Assembly (NCBI GenBank): GCA_951406725.2
Contig: OX597823.1
Location: forward strand, 39,432,001-39,496,000
Direction of reading: 5' to 3'
DNA length: 64,000 bases
From: Octopus vulgaris
Lineage: Eukaryota
Part shown: piece by piece, positions 27,551 through 39,924 of the stretch
How the letters are laid out: each line of letters begins with the position of its first letter
How positions within the stretch are numbered: position 1 is the first letter of the stretch
The notes under the pieces: generated by a model
Seen by the model: the letters and a program-made list of their open reading frames with translations, nothing else
Told to the model about the DNA's origin: nothing
The model's database searches: none
Made by a program: the position numbers and the translations under genes

Positions 27551-28412
27551 CATGGTTTGATCAATAAGTAACCGGACTCTTGCCACACTAACGAAGCTAA
27601 AGCACTCAGAGTAAAGTCGCTTTGCACAAATTGACCTTGAACTCTGCTGTGCATGCGCACTAAGTTTTAACGTTCTAACTTACTTCCGCTGTTTATAGCA
27701 GTGCATGGAAGGAAGGTGTGTAGCGTGTGATCGTTGCATTAATCATCACAGGGAAAGTTTAGCAGAGAAACTGTAACAAATTTTGCTAAAAGCTTCACGA
27801 TACCTGCTCAGAGGTAGGCAAAGTTTTCAAGAGGCTTTCATCGTTCTCGGCGCAATCAAGTAGATATTGTACAACTGAAACCCGAGTGTCAATTTGGTCA
27901 GCTGAAAGCAGTTTTAGCACAAACTTGGCAGACGTTGTCTCATACCCAAATCTTCAGTGATAATGTACTGAACTGAACCGTAACTAATCTGAAAATCATC
28001 GCGGATGGTGATTCGATGATTTCCACTCACAGCTGAACGCACATCTGTGATGTTTTTCTCAGTTCTGCTGGTTGTGTGTCTCAGAACGTTCGTCAATATC
28101 GATATTTGTTCGGCCATCCTGGAAACGTCTGAACGACTCGCACACTTGTGTGCGGGTCATACACTGCTCTCTATACACTTTCTGCAACTTTGCATTGGCC
28201 CCTGAGCAGGTATCGCCATGACAACTTTCCCTGTCATGTTAATGTGACGATTACGCTCTACACACCTTCCTTCCAAGCACTGCAGTAAACAGGGAAAATG
28301 AGTAAGAACTTTAAAGCAAAATTCCAGGTCAAGCTTTGCCAAGCAGCTTCACTTTGTATGCTTTAGCTTCGTTTGTATGGCAACAATCCGGATACTTATT
28401 GATCAAACCTCG
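27551..28412. mobile_element. Two mariner 5' halves in inverted orientation
   Basis: Both ends carry the same left TIR and leader (GGTTTGATCAATAAGTA.CCGGA...); right half encodes AKLQKVY..MTRTQV..FRRFQDGR and AKFVLKLLSADQ on the minus strand. Confidence 0.8.
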
Positions 28413-28426
28413 TATATATATATGTA

Positions 28427-28474
<48 letters not shown>

Positions 28475-28849
28475 TGTATATATATATATGTATATATATG
28501 TATATATATATGTATATATAAAGGCACACATACACACATCTACTCACACACAAACATATATTCATGTATGTATGTGTGTATGTGTGCATTTATGTGTGTT
28601 TTCCATACTGGAATTTTTCCAGGTGCACCTAGGCAAGCAGTAATACCTCACTCGGTGACATTAGTTGTGGGAACAACAAAACATACCGTAGGATCTTTGC
28701 CAATATCCGGTTAGCGAATAATCTTGGATTAAATACAATCAGATAGGCTTTACTGCAATCCAATGCGTGCGTGCGTGCGTGCGTGCGTGTGCGTGTCTAT
28801 GATAAATACACATACATATCTATTCAAAGGTATATATATGTTGTACGCA

Positions 28850-29240
28850 CATATGTGGCTATGTGATAAGACATAGGCGCAGACGTGGCTGTGAGCCCAA
28901 TCATATGATTCCGGGTTCAGTCCCACTGCATGGCACCCGAGGAAATTGTCTTCTACTAAAGTCTCGGTCTGGCCAAAGTTTTTTCAGTGGATTTGGTAGA
29001 CGTATATATGTTTGCGCGCGCGCGCGCGCGTATGTGTGTTTGCTGCACATCACCGCTTGACAACCGGTGTGGGGGATTTTATGTCCCTGTGTAAATTAGC
29101 CGTTCAGCGAAAGAATCCGATAGAATAAGTACCAGACTTTAAAAACAATTTTGTGTCGAGTCATTCAACTAAATATTCTTTAGGGCGGCGCCCAGCATGG
29201 CTGCAGTCTAATGACGGAAACAAGTAAAAGATAAAAGATA
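28850..29240 (+). mobile_element. Degenerate SINE family A
   Basis: TTCCGGGTTCAGTCCCACTGC...CAGCATGGCTGCAGTC...AAACAAGTAAAAG. Confidence 0.7.
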
Positions 29241-29304
29241 TATATATGTGCGTACGTACGTACGTATGTATGTATGTATGTATGTATGTATGTATGTATG
29301 TATG

Positions 29305-29335
<31 letters not shown>

Positions 29336-29864
29336 GTATCTATACATGTATGTATGTGTGTACGTATGTATGTGTGTACGTATATATGTATGGATTGGTG
29401 TATACAAGTATTATATATGTATGTATGCATGCATGTATGTATGTGTGTACGTATGTATATATGGATTGGTGCATACAAGTAGTATGTATGTATGTATGTA
29501 TGTATGTATGTATGTATGTATGTATGTATGTATGTGTATATTTGTCACCGCATCGGATAAAATATCATGTGGCGTTTGTTCCGTCTCCCTAAACACTGTG
29601 TTCAAATCACACCAGGGTTAGCTTTTACTTCCAACCTTTCGGGGTCGATTAGTGCACTACTAGCCAAGTACTGGCGCAGCCCTCTCTCCACTTCCTCACC
29701 TGTTATATCGTGGATGTACCCTCGGAGTGGAAGAGGGGACAAGTTGAGTGTGTATGTGAATGTTTGACCGCAACTACCTGGACATCCCAAACAATGAGGA
29801 AATGCATATTACATGCTGATATACATACATAACAACGATAATATATACATAACACCATACCTAT

Positions 29865-30312
29865 TTCTTTACAACCCACAAGGGGCTAAACACAGAGGGT
29901 ACAAACAAGGACAGACAAACGGATTAAGTCGATTACATCGACCCCAGTGCGTAATTGGTACTTATTTAATCGACCCCGAAAGGATGAAAGGCAAAGTCGA
30001 CCTCGGCGGAATTTGAACTCAGAACGTAATGGCAGACGAAATACGGCTACGCATTTCGCCCGGCCGTGCTAACGTTTTTTATTTCTTTACTACTCACAAG
30101 GGGCTAAACATAGAGGGGACAAACAAGGACAGACAAACGGATTACGTCGATTACATCGACCCCAGTGCGTAACTGGTACTTATTTAATCGAACCCGAAAG
30201 GATGAAAGGCAAAGTCGACCTCGGCGGAATTTGAACTCACAACGTAACGGCAGACGAAATACGGCTACGCATTTCGCCCGACGTGCTAACGTTTCTGCCA
30301 GATCACCGCCTT
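29865..30312 (-). mobile_element. Tandem dimer of SINE family C inside a single TSD
   Basis: Two near-identical units; direct repeat TAACACCATACCTAT at 29850-29864 and 30316-30330. Confidence 0.85.
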
Positions 30313-30595
30313 ATGTAACACCATACCTATACCTCCCCCACCTCTAATTTTCTGTGTCTTTTGTACTCTGTGTAAGTTTGCTTTGTTAATATATACATAT
30401 CTGTATATTTATACATGAATATTCATCAACTGAAAATCTTTAGTCTTTGCTTTCTCTCTATTTACAGCTACGCATGTATTTTGCATACCACACCGGTTTG
30501 ATTTGTTTAGTTGTATTATTGTCTCCATACGTGTGTGTTAGAGCCTCTGTGTGTATATATATATATGTGCGTGCGTGCGTGTGTGTGTGTGTATG

Positions 30596-30638
<43 letters not shown>

Positions 30639-31299
30639 ATACATATATGTATGTATGTATACACGCACACAAACACAAACTAGTTTATTTAAATCTTTCG
30701 CCGTGGAATTTTAAATGTTTTTATATACATGAAAATAACCTAAAGTAAATTACTATTTGTAACAGACAAGATCAAAAATTTATTTGTAAAAGGCTGGACT
30801 AATTTCCATATCACGCTTTTATCGGTGACGTGATTAAATAATTAATATATATTTATGCTCAACGCAAATGTGTACACTAGGAAACTTAAAATAAATTTGA
30901 AGCAGATATACAAATCTGTCTCCCAATTACAGTTTCTATGCGTGTTCGTGGTAGAAGTTGTGGTTTTCATAAATGTAGCAATTTTAATAATTATGCAAGA
31001 CGAAAACGAAATATTTTCTAGCTAATTATTCCATTAGTTAAGAGAAGTAAAGGGAGAATGAGCAATTACACTGTAGAGCAATTTTTTAAAATTATTTATT
31101 CTGTTTTTATTTATTTATTTTGTTTTGTTTGTTTTTGGTCAGTAAGTATTATTTCCTATTTGCTTCTATCTAGAAATCAAAGGAAACGACTACTATTCCC
31201 TTCAAACTTTGCTTTTGTAATGTGGACATCAATGTTTTCAAACTGACCTATTTTCCATTACATTTCAGACAGATTCAACATTGAGTTGCTGAAGCAAAA

Positions 31300-31478
31300 T
31301 ATCATTTTAGCAGATATTCTGCTCAGTAACACAGATTTGCTTGTCAGTTGCTTGACCTTAAACATTTAGGCATGTCCCTCAGTGGCTGACAATATACACA
31401 TCTCTGATCATGACTAGGAGTAATAGGGGAGAATCATAGCCACGTATTGAGGGAGATTCTTTGGGGTTTGAATAATTG
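31300..31478. repeat. Dispersed repeat fragment shared with 49335-49545
   Basis: CATCTCTGATCA...ATCATAGCCA..T.TTGAG.G..ATTCTTTGG.GTTTGAATAATT in both; family not identified. Confidence 0.6.
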
Positions 31479-32644
31479 TAAAAAAGTAGTTTTTCTAAGC
31501 AAAGTTTTTCATACTTTCTAGGAAATAACATACAGGAAATAAAGAATAACAGTTGCTACCCAAGAACAAAAGTTGTGTTACACAGTGTTATTCATTTAGT
31601 TTGTTAGTTGTTTTCATTTGGCTTTGGTAAAATTTTTAATCTATGACTCACGTTTTATATGAAACCTCTGTGATTTCATTGTATTAGTTGGTCATCCCGA
31701 TTTCTGTAAGAATGGTTGAATGAAAGAAAAAACTTTCCGCGTATAAGATACCAGTCAACACAGCAGGAAAGCCGACATACGACTGGCTACTTTTACAATG
31801 CATCTGTTGCATATTAACAACAGTTCATCATTACCAAATTTCAATGTTTCCTTAAAGTTAGATGGACTTGATACTTGAGAACTGAATAATTTCACTATCG
31901 CAACGCATTCATGACGATTACCAGAAAAAAATATTTATAGGAAACTCTTTTACAACACAGAGGCTACTAATCTTCTCACTTTCCAGATCACAATAAGGCT
32001 CTTTGATTAGTCGTTAAAAGTATCTCTACCTAGTTAACAAAATCTTCCTATTCTAAAACTCATATAATTCCTGATAAAACTTTGCTTTCAACTCCACATT
32101 AAACACACATGCTGTCAATTTTTTTTAACACACACGCTTCTCTACACCTGTTTCACCGACCTACACATAAAAACCCTCAAAGCGAAAACTTCGTCCATTA
32201 ATTCAACCCTCCAAGACAACATGTCCTACCCCAAATCCTTTCATTGTGCTCAAACTGTGCATACATTTTGTTTCAGTCACTGAACTGCGGCAATGCTGGG
32301 GCATCACCTTAAAGGGTTTAGGCGAACAAATCGACCAAAGTACTTTACTTTTTGAAGTTTTCTATGTATTCAATCGGTGTCTTTGTACTGAACTTCTAAA
32401 TTACGGGACGTAAACTACCACTGATGCCCAAACGGTGAGATATAAGCATAAAGACGCATGTTCTCGTACACTGCATGCTCCTTCACGCACATATATAAAC
32501 ACAACAAACAAAGTTTGCTTTAGAAACGTTGAGATGTATTGAAAGATACAGAGAAGGAAATAATTTTATTCTCAATCGCAGGATAAGGTTCATTATATAG
32601 CAGAACAGGATAAATTAGCCATATTTTGCAGAAAAATCTGTCGG

Positions 32645-33092
32645 CAGCCAGCTATGAGACTCTAAAACCACTTTATGCAGAGTTAGAATCTGGAATCTGG
32701 AATTATCCAGTAATTTTTTTTGCTAGTTTATTTTGACTTTTTGTCTTTTCTCCTGGTGCTGTATGAACATTTAATGTGGTTTTAGAGTCAAGTTTTGGCT
32801 GCTATATCTAGCATGTGATTTCTCTTCGATACCCTTAATTATAATTTTAATAATAATTATTACCTTTTAGGGTTTTATTCCTATGCTGGCCACCTGATAA
32901 GATCGGTATTTTAAATAACGATCTTATCCTTTTTTATATAAATTTATATATTTATTTCGTTATTATATTCACTACGGTGGTATTTTGATCATATCGCGCG
33001 ATGAGTTTTAGGCGGGCAATTTAAACTGGTTGTGTGCATACGTGCATATATATGTATGCATATGTTCGTATATGTAAGCATATCGGATGTTG

Positions 33093-33125
<33 letters not shown>

Positions 33126-33131
33126 TTGTGT

Positions 33132-33177
<46 letters not shown>

Positions 33178-33415
33178 TTATGTGCTATCTGCGTATATTC
33201 CACTGATGAAGGCAAAGCATTTCTTATGCAGAGTCAGAAATCCGGGATCTGGAATTATCCAGTAATTTTTTTGCTAGTGTATTTTGTCTCTTTGTGTTCT
33301 CTCCTGGTGCTTTATGAACATTTAATGTGGTTTTAGAGTCAAGTTTTGGCTGCTATATATAGCATGGTGGTATCTCTTAGATACCCTTAATTATAATTTA
33401 AATAATAATTTATCC
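32645..33415 (+). repeat. Direct duplication (about 190-220 bp), each copy beginning with a hammerhead motif; period 552 nt
   Basis: 32673-32865 versus 33224-33415 are clearly alignable. Confidence 0.85.
33197..33255 (+). ncRNA. Type I hammerhead ribozyme
   Basis: attcca-CTGATGA-aGGC...GTCa-GAAA-TCCgGGA-TC-tggaat; 6-bp stem I, AUC cleavage triplet. Confidence 0.65.
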
Positions 33416-33416
33416 T

Positions 33417-33511
<95 letters not shown>

Positions 33512-33651
33512 GTATGTCTGTCTTTCTGTCTGTCTGTTTGTCTGTCTATCTATCTATCATCTATCTATCTATCTATCTATCTGTCAGTCTGTCTGCCTGT
33601 CTGTCTGTCTGTCTCTGTGTCTGTCTGTCTGTCTGTCATTCTGCCTGTCAT

Positions 33652-33718
<67 letters not shown>

Positions 33719-33790
33719 GTCTGTTGGTCTGTCTGTCTGCCTGTCTGCCTGTCTGTCTGCCTGCCTGTCTGTCTGTCTGTGTCTCTGTCT
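33417..33790. repeat. (TCTA)n/(TCTG)n compound microsatellite
   Basis: Direct reading. Confidence 0.95.
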
Positions 33791-33981
33791 CTCTCTTTCC
33801 CTTCCTCTGTTTTCTGTCTTGTTATTTTTTCATTATATGAAACCTCATTAATTATTGTATTTCTCTTACATTCAATTCCTAAAAGCAGTCAGCTGGATTT
33901 TAAAAAGGGCCCAGGTGAAGATTTTGTAAAAAAGAAAAAAATGAATAAATTAAATACCCCACCGCACCCCACCCCACCCCA

Positions 33982-34029
<48 letters not shown>

Positions 34030-34429
34030 TCACATGCACATGCACAAACACACAGAGACACATGCCATCTTGCAATCGTTGCTCTTATTAACAGAAGTGA
34101 TTCTATTTGATTAAGCAATGAGTTACGTTAACGTTTAAAGTAGTTCGGGATTGGTCACTGACTCCTGAAGGAGGATTAACATAGATTTAGTCATTAGGGC
34201 TTAATTGTCGTCTGTTGCTCTTGGTTTCGTTGATTATGTTGATGATGTTGATGTTAATTTATATAAAATAATGTAGTCGATCTTGTTGGTGGTGATGATG
34301 ATGATGATGATGATAGCAGTATTGGTGATGTTTACGGCAATGGTGTGGTAGTAGTAGTGGTGGAGATGATCACGGCGGCGGCGGCGGTGTTAGTGGTGAC
34401 GATGGCACTGCTGGTGATATTGATGATGG

Positions 34430-34460
<31 letters not shown>

Positions 34461-34698
34461 GCTGATAATGATGATGATGAGGACAGCAATGTTGATGATG
34501 GCGTTGCAGTGACAGTGGTGGTGGTTGTGGTTGTGGTGGTGCTGTCACGTTGGTGATGGTGACCATGGCGACGGTTGTAGTCGTGGTAGTGGAGGTGGCG
34601 GCGTCGGTAATAGAGTTGATGATGATGACGATGACGATGACGATGACGATGATGATGATGATGATGACGACGATGATGATGATGATGATGATGATGAC

Positions 34699-34729
<31 letters not shown>

Positions 34730-35064
34730 TTGGTGATGATGCTGGCGGTGGTGCAGTGACGATGGTGGCAGCAGTTGTGATGCGGTGATGGTGGCGGCGC
34801 CGGTGATGAAGATGGTGGTGATGATGGCCGAGGTGATGGGTGTTGTCGTTCATCTCCTCATATTCGACGTTAATTACGACGAGAGATACTTGATTATCAC
34901 TGATGCTGCAATAATAACCGTTTCTTAGAACGAATATGGGGTCAGGGGAGGGGAGCGAGGGAGCATAAAGAAGTCGTCAACATTGTTTAAAGGTTTTTCA
35001 CAACCAAAAGCAGGAACGACATCAACAGGAATCGAAACTAGACTGCCACTTGCAAATATTCTTT

Positions 35065-35440
35065 TCTATTCTAGGTACAAGGCCTGAAATTTGGGGTGGG
35101 GGAGGGGACCAGTCGATTAGATCGACCCCAGTACGCAACTGGTACTTAATTTATCGACCCCGAAAGGATGAAAGGCAAAGTCGATCTCGGCGGGATTCGA
35201 ACTCAGAATATAAAGACAGACGAAATACCACTAAGTATTTCGCCCGGCGGTCTAACGTTTCTGCCAGCTCGCCGCCTTGTGCCCATTCTCAAAACTTTTG
35301 GGGATGGGGGCCAGTCAATTAGATCGACCCCAGTACGCAACTGGTACTTAATTTATCGACCCCGAAAGGATGAAAGGATGAAAGTTGAGACTGGTGGGAC
35401 TTGAATATCGTGACGCTGTAACGAGTCTGTCAGTAAATTT

Positions 35441-35499
<59 letters not shown>

Positions 35500-35932
35500 A
35501 TAATAATAATAATAATAATAATAATGGTAATAATAATTGTTATTTCAAATTTAGGGGATAAGTCGATTACATCGACCTCAGTGTTCAACTGGTACTTATT
35601 TTATCGATCCCAAAAGGATAAAAGGCAAGGTCAGCCTCGGCGGAATTCGAACTCAGAACGTAGCATTTCGTCCAGCGTGCTAACGATTCTACTAGTTCAC
35701 TGCCTTAATGGTAATAATAATAATAATGGTTAAGGTGGTGAGCTAGCACACCGAGCAAAATGGTTAGCGGTTTTTCGGTCGTCTTCATGTTCTCAGTTCA
35801 AATTCCGCCGTGGTCGACTTTATCTTTCATCTTTTTGAACTTGATAAAACCAGTACCAGTTAGACACTGGGATCGATGTAATCGACCAGCCCCCACCCCG
35901 AACTTGCTGGCCTTGTGGCAAAATTGGAAACC

Positions 35933-35973
<41 letters not shown>

Positions 35974-36235
35974 TTATCTTTCTACGATACCTGAAATTTG
36001 GGGGAGGAGACTAGTCAAATTACATCTACCCCAGTGTTTTACTGGTACTTAATTTATCGACCCCGAAAGGATGGAAAGCAAAGTCGACCTCGGTGGAATT
36101 ATAATAATGGTTAATGCGGCGAGCGGACAGGACCATTTGCATGCCGGAAAGTCCAGTACTCGGCTTTATTTTATCGAATCCATAAGGATGAGAAGTAAAG
36201 CTGACAGAAGTGGGATTTGAACTCAGAACGTAGAT
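35065..36235. mobile_element. Cluster of SINE family C copies and fragments on both strands, interleaved with (TAC)n/(TAA)n
   Basis: Repeated TCGACCCCGAAAGGATGAAAGGCAAAGTCGA motif and its reverse complement. Confidence 0.8.
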
Positions 36236-36784
36236 GATGATGACGGTAACATCAATGATGATGGTGGCGGCGGCAACGGTGCTGCTGCTGCTGTTAATGA
36301 TGAAAAATGATTTATAATATCGTTATGGGGGTCTGATAATTCTACAAGGATCCTTACAAATTTATTAAAGCGTGAAAAAGAAAAACCAGCCCTCGGCAAA
36401 ATTTAAAAAAGAACAAAACAAAAGCAAAATGAAAAAGAATTAATTTGACTTTGAAAGTAATTAGTCATTCCTTTATTGATTAGTGGTAGCTTGAGGTTAT
36501 AAAGGGGGGATGGGTGAAAGAAGACGGGCACGAACATTCACGGTTGAATAAACGAATGAGGCGTAACGAACTTTATATATATAAAAAAAAAAACCTTGTT
36601 TATTTTCTTAGGTGTGGTACCTTCTCCCTTGCCTCCATGCTGTCTGTATTCCACCCCCACCACCCCATCATTTCCTCACCAGTTTCTCTGTTCGCTCCAT
36701 ACAATTACATAACCTCGCTATTACCGTGACAAACCAGCAATATTCCCTGCTACCAAAACCTCCCATTTCACCACCACCGCCACC

Positions 36785-37160
<376 letters not shown>

Positions 37161-37563
37161 AATTATGTGCCATGATGCATCACTCACACCAACACCTGTA
37201 TAAGCACACTAAAACCCACCCCATCCACTTCGCCGTTCCATGCACTTCATGTCTACTGTATTAATAACCCTATTAATAAACATTCCTTACTGACATCCCT
37301 CCTTCGCTTCCTCCCTCACTCCCTTCTTTTCCTTCCACAGTCCCCTTCCTTTCCTTCTTTCTTTCTTTTTTTCTTTCTTTCTTTCTTTCTTTCTTTCTTT
37401 CCTTCTTTCTCTCTCCCTCTCTCTATCTCTACAATATTGAGTGCTCCATGAGTGTGACATGGATTAAGAGTTAATAAAAACTGTCGGAAAATTAACTCTA
37501 ACTTCTACATCTCTATCCTCCTCCTCCTCCTCTCCTCCCCTCCTCTTTCTTCTTCTTCTTCTT

Positions 37564-37594
<31 letters not shown>

Positions 37595-37639
37595 TTATTA
37601 TTATTATTATTATTATTGTTATTATTAATATTATTATTT

Positions 37640-37852
37640 AAGACGGCAAACTGGCAGAATCGTTTACTCGCTGGGCGAAATACTTAGTGGCATTTCGTTC
37701 GTCTTTACGTTGTGAGTTCAAATTCCGCCGAGGTCGACTTTGCTTTTCATCCTTTCGGGGTCAATAAATTAAGTACTAGTCAATTACTGGGGTCAAAGTG
37801 ATCGACTTTCCTCATCCTACAAAATTTAAAGTTTTGCGTCTATAGTAAAAAG
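37640..37852 (+). mobile_element. SINE family C
   Basis: GGCAAACTGGCAGAATCG...GAGTTCAAATTCCGCCGAGGTCGACTTTG. Confidence 0.8.
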
Positions 37853-37853
37853 G

Positions 37854-37929
<76 letters not shown>

Positions 37930-37949
37930 TTATCAATGTTATTATTATT

Positions 37950-38832
37950 GTTATTATTTTACTTTTAATCTGCATGTTTGTTGCAGTCACTTGCCGAGAC
38001 ACACCCAGTGTCCCTGGGGCGAGTGAAGGATAAGAGGTGTTACAGTATGGCTGAAAGCTTGGGGAGGGGAAGTAGCGAAATATCCTCATGTAATACAACA
38101 CAGACGAGATGCTATATTGCTTTGCCAAATATGTCGCAGAATCTGTATTAGGGTCAGAACCGTTTTGAAGAACGGTAGTTTTTTGTGAGCAACCTTTGAT
38201 TTTGTTCCCGCCAATATGAAACCCTCAGTCTCTGCTTTCTGTCTTGAAATTCTCAGCTACTGATGGGTTGTTGCTTGATCTACATCAGTCTTTCGACTTC
38301 GAGGTACATACTGTCCCTGTAGAGGCTTCTGGTTCCACCGCTCCTCAGTTTGTTTCTGGCCGTACTTTTTTGCAGTCTGCTTGATCCATTTTGCTTGTTT
38401 TGTGGCAGAAGTTTCAGGTTCTTCAAATATTTCAGGATTAATGCCAAGTTCCCTTGCGAATTTGCAAGCTTCCTTGACAATAGAATGTGATATTTTGCAG
38501 CTTTCGTGTTTGAACACAAGTCGCAACGCCCAGTCCTCTGTACTAGATAAGTACCTGTTCATTGCTATTGTGACGGTCTTATAGCGCAATTCTACCTGCG
38601 TCATTCCTTTTCCCTCCATTACTTCTTAGTAAGTACAGACGATCAACATCTGCTTTTGGGTGGTGCATGTTCTTAGTAGTTTTCTTGTCTTCCTGTCTAG
38701 GCATTAGAGTTCAGTAAGATTCCAGTGAATGATATTAAGACTATATTGGACTACTGGAAGTGCCAGGGTGTTAACGGCTTCGGTGCGATTTTTAGAGTTG
38801 AGTTCAGTTTTTAGTATGAGTCTTATTCTCCT
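37950..38832 (-). mobile_element. 5'-truncated, internally deleted R4/Dong-like non-LTR retrotransposon
   Basis: RRIRLILKTELNSKNRTEAVNTLALPVVQYS, MHHPKADVDRLYL, GKGMTQVE, WNQKPLQGQY; 3' end runs into (TAA)n. Confidence 0.8.
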
Positions 38833-38835
38833 TAA

Positions 38836-38945
38836 TTCTTCTTCTTCTTCTTCTTCTTCTTCTTCTTCTTCTTCTTCTTCTTCTTCTTTTTCATCATCAT
38901 CATCATCTTCTTCTTCTTCATCATCATCTTCTTCTTCTTCTTCTT

Positions 38946-38976
<31 letters not shown>

Positions 38977-39500
38977 TTCTTCTTCTTCTTCTTCTTCTTC
39001 TTCTTCTTCTTCTTCTTCATCATCATCTTCTTCTTCTTCTTCTTCTTCTTCTTCTTCATCATCATCTTCTTCATCTTCTTCTTCTTCTTCTTCTTCTTCT
39101 TCTTCTTCTTCTTCTTCATCATCATCTTCTTCATCTTCTTCTTCTTCTTCTTCTTCTTCTTCATCATCATCATCATCATCATCATCATCTTCTTCTTCTT
39201 CTTCTTCTTCTTCTTCTTCTTCTTCTTCTTCATCATCATCATCATCATCTTCTTCTTCTTCTTCTTCTTCTTCTTTTTCTTCTTCTTTTTCTTCTTCTTC
39301 TTCTTCTTCTTCTTCTTCATCATCATCTTCTTCTTCTTCTTCTTCTTCTTCTTCTTCTTCTTCTTCTTCATCATCATCTTCTTCATCTTCTTCTTCTTCT
39401 TCTTCTTCTTCATCATCATCATCATCATCATCTTCTTCTTCTTCTTCTTCTTCATCATCATCATCATCATCTTCTTCTTCTTCTTCTTCTTCTTCTTCTT

Positions 39501-39530
<30 letters not shown>
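38836..39530. repeat. About 700-bp (TTC)n/(TCA)n compound array
   Basis: Direct reading. Confidence 0.95.
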
Positions 39531-39531
<1 letters not shown>

Positions 39532-39830
39532 GTGTTTTTCATTGCCGCATTTCCCTACCATTTCGACCGTTTCATTTCCATCTAAATTTCAGTCCTGTAC
39601 AGTGAGGCCCCTTGTCTAAAACATGACCGAAAATAGCGCCACACTAGATTGGGGGATGGCTAGAGGAGGATGGCTAGAGAAAAGAGGAAAAATACATTTA
39701 TTCATTAGGCCCAAATTATACATACATACATACATACATACATACATACATACATACATACATACATACATACATACATACGTACGTACATACATACATA
39801 CATACATACATACATACATACATACATACA

Positions 39831-39864
<34 letters not shown>

Positions 39865-39924
39865 CATACATACATGCATGCATACATACATACATACATA
39901 CATACATACATACATACATACGTA

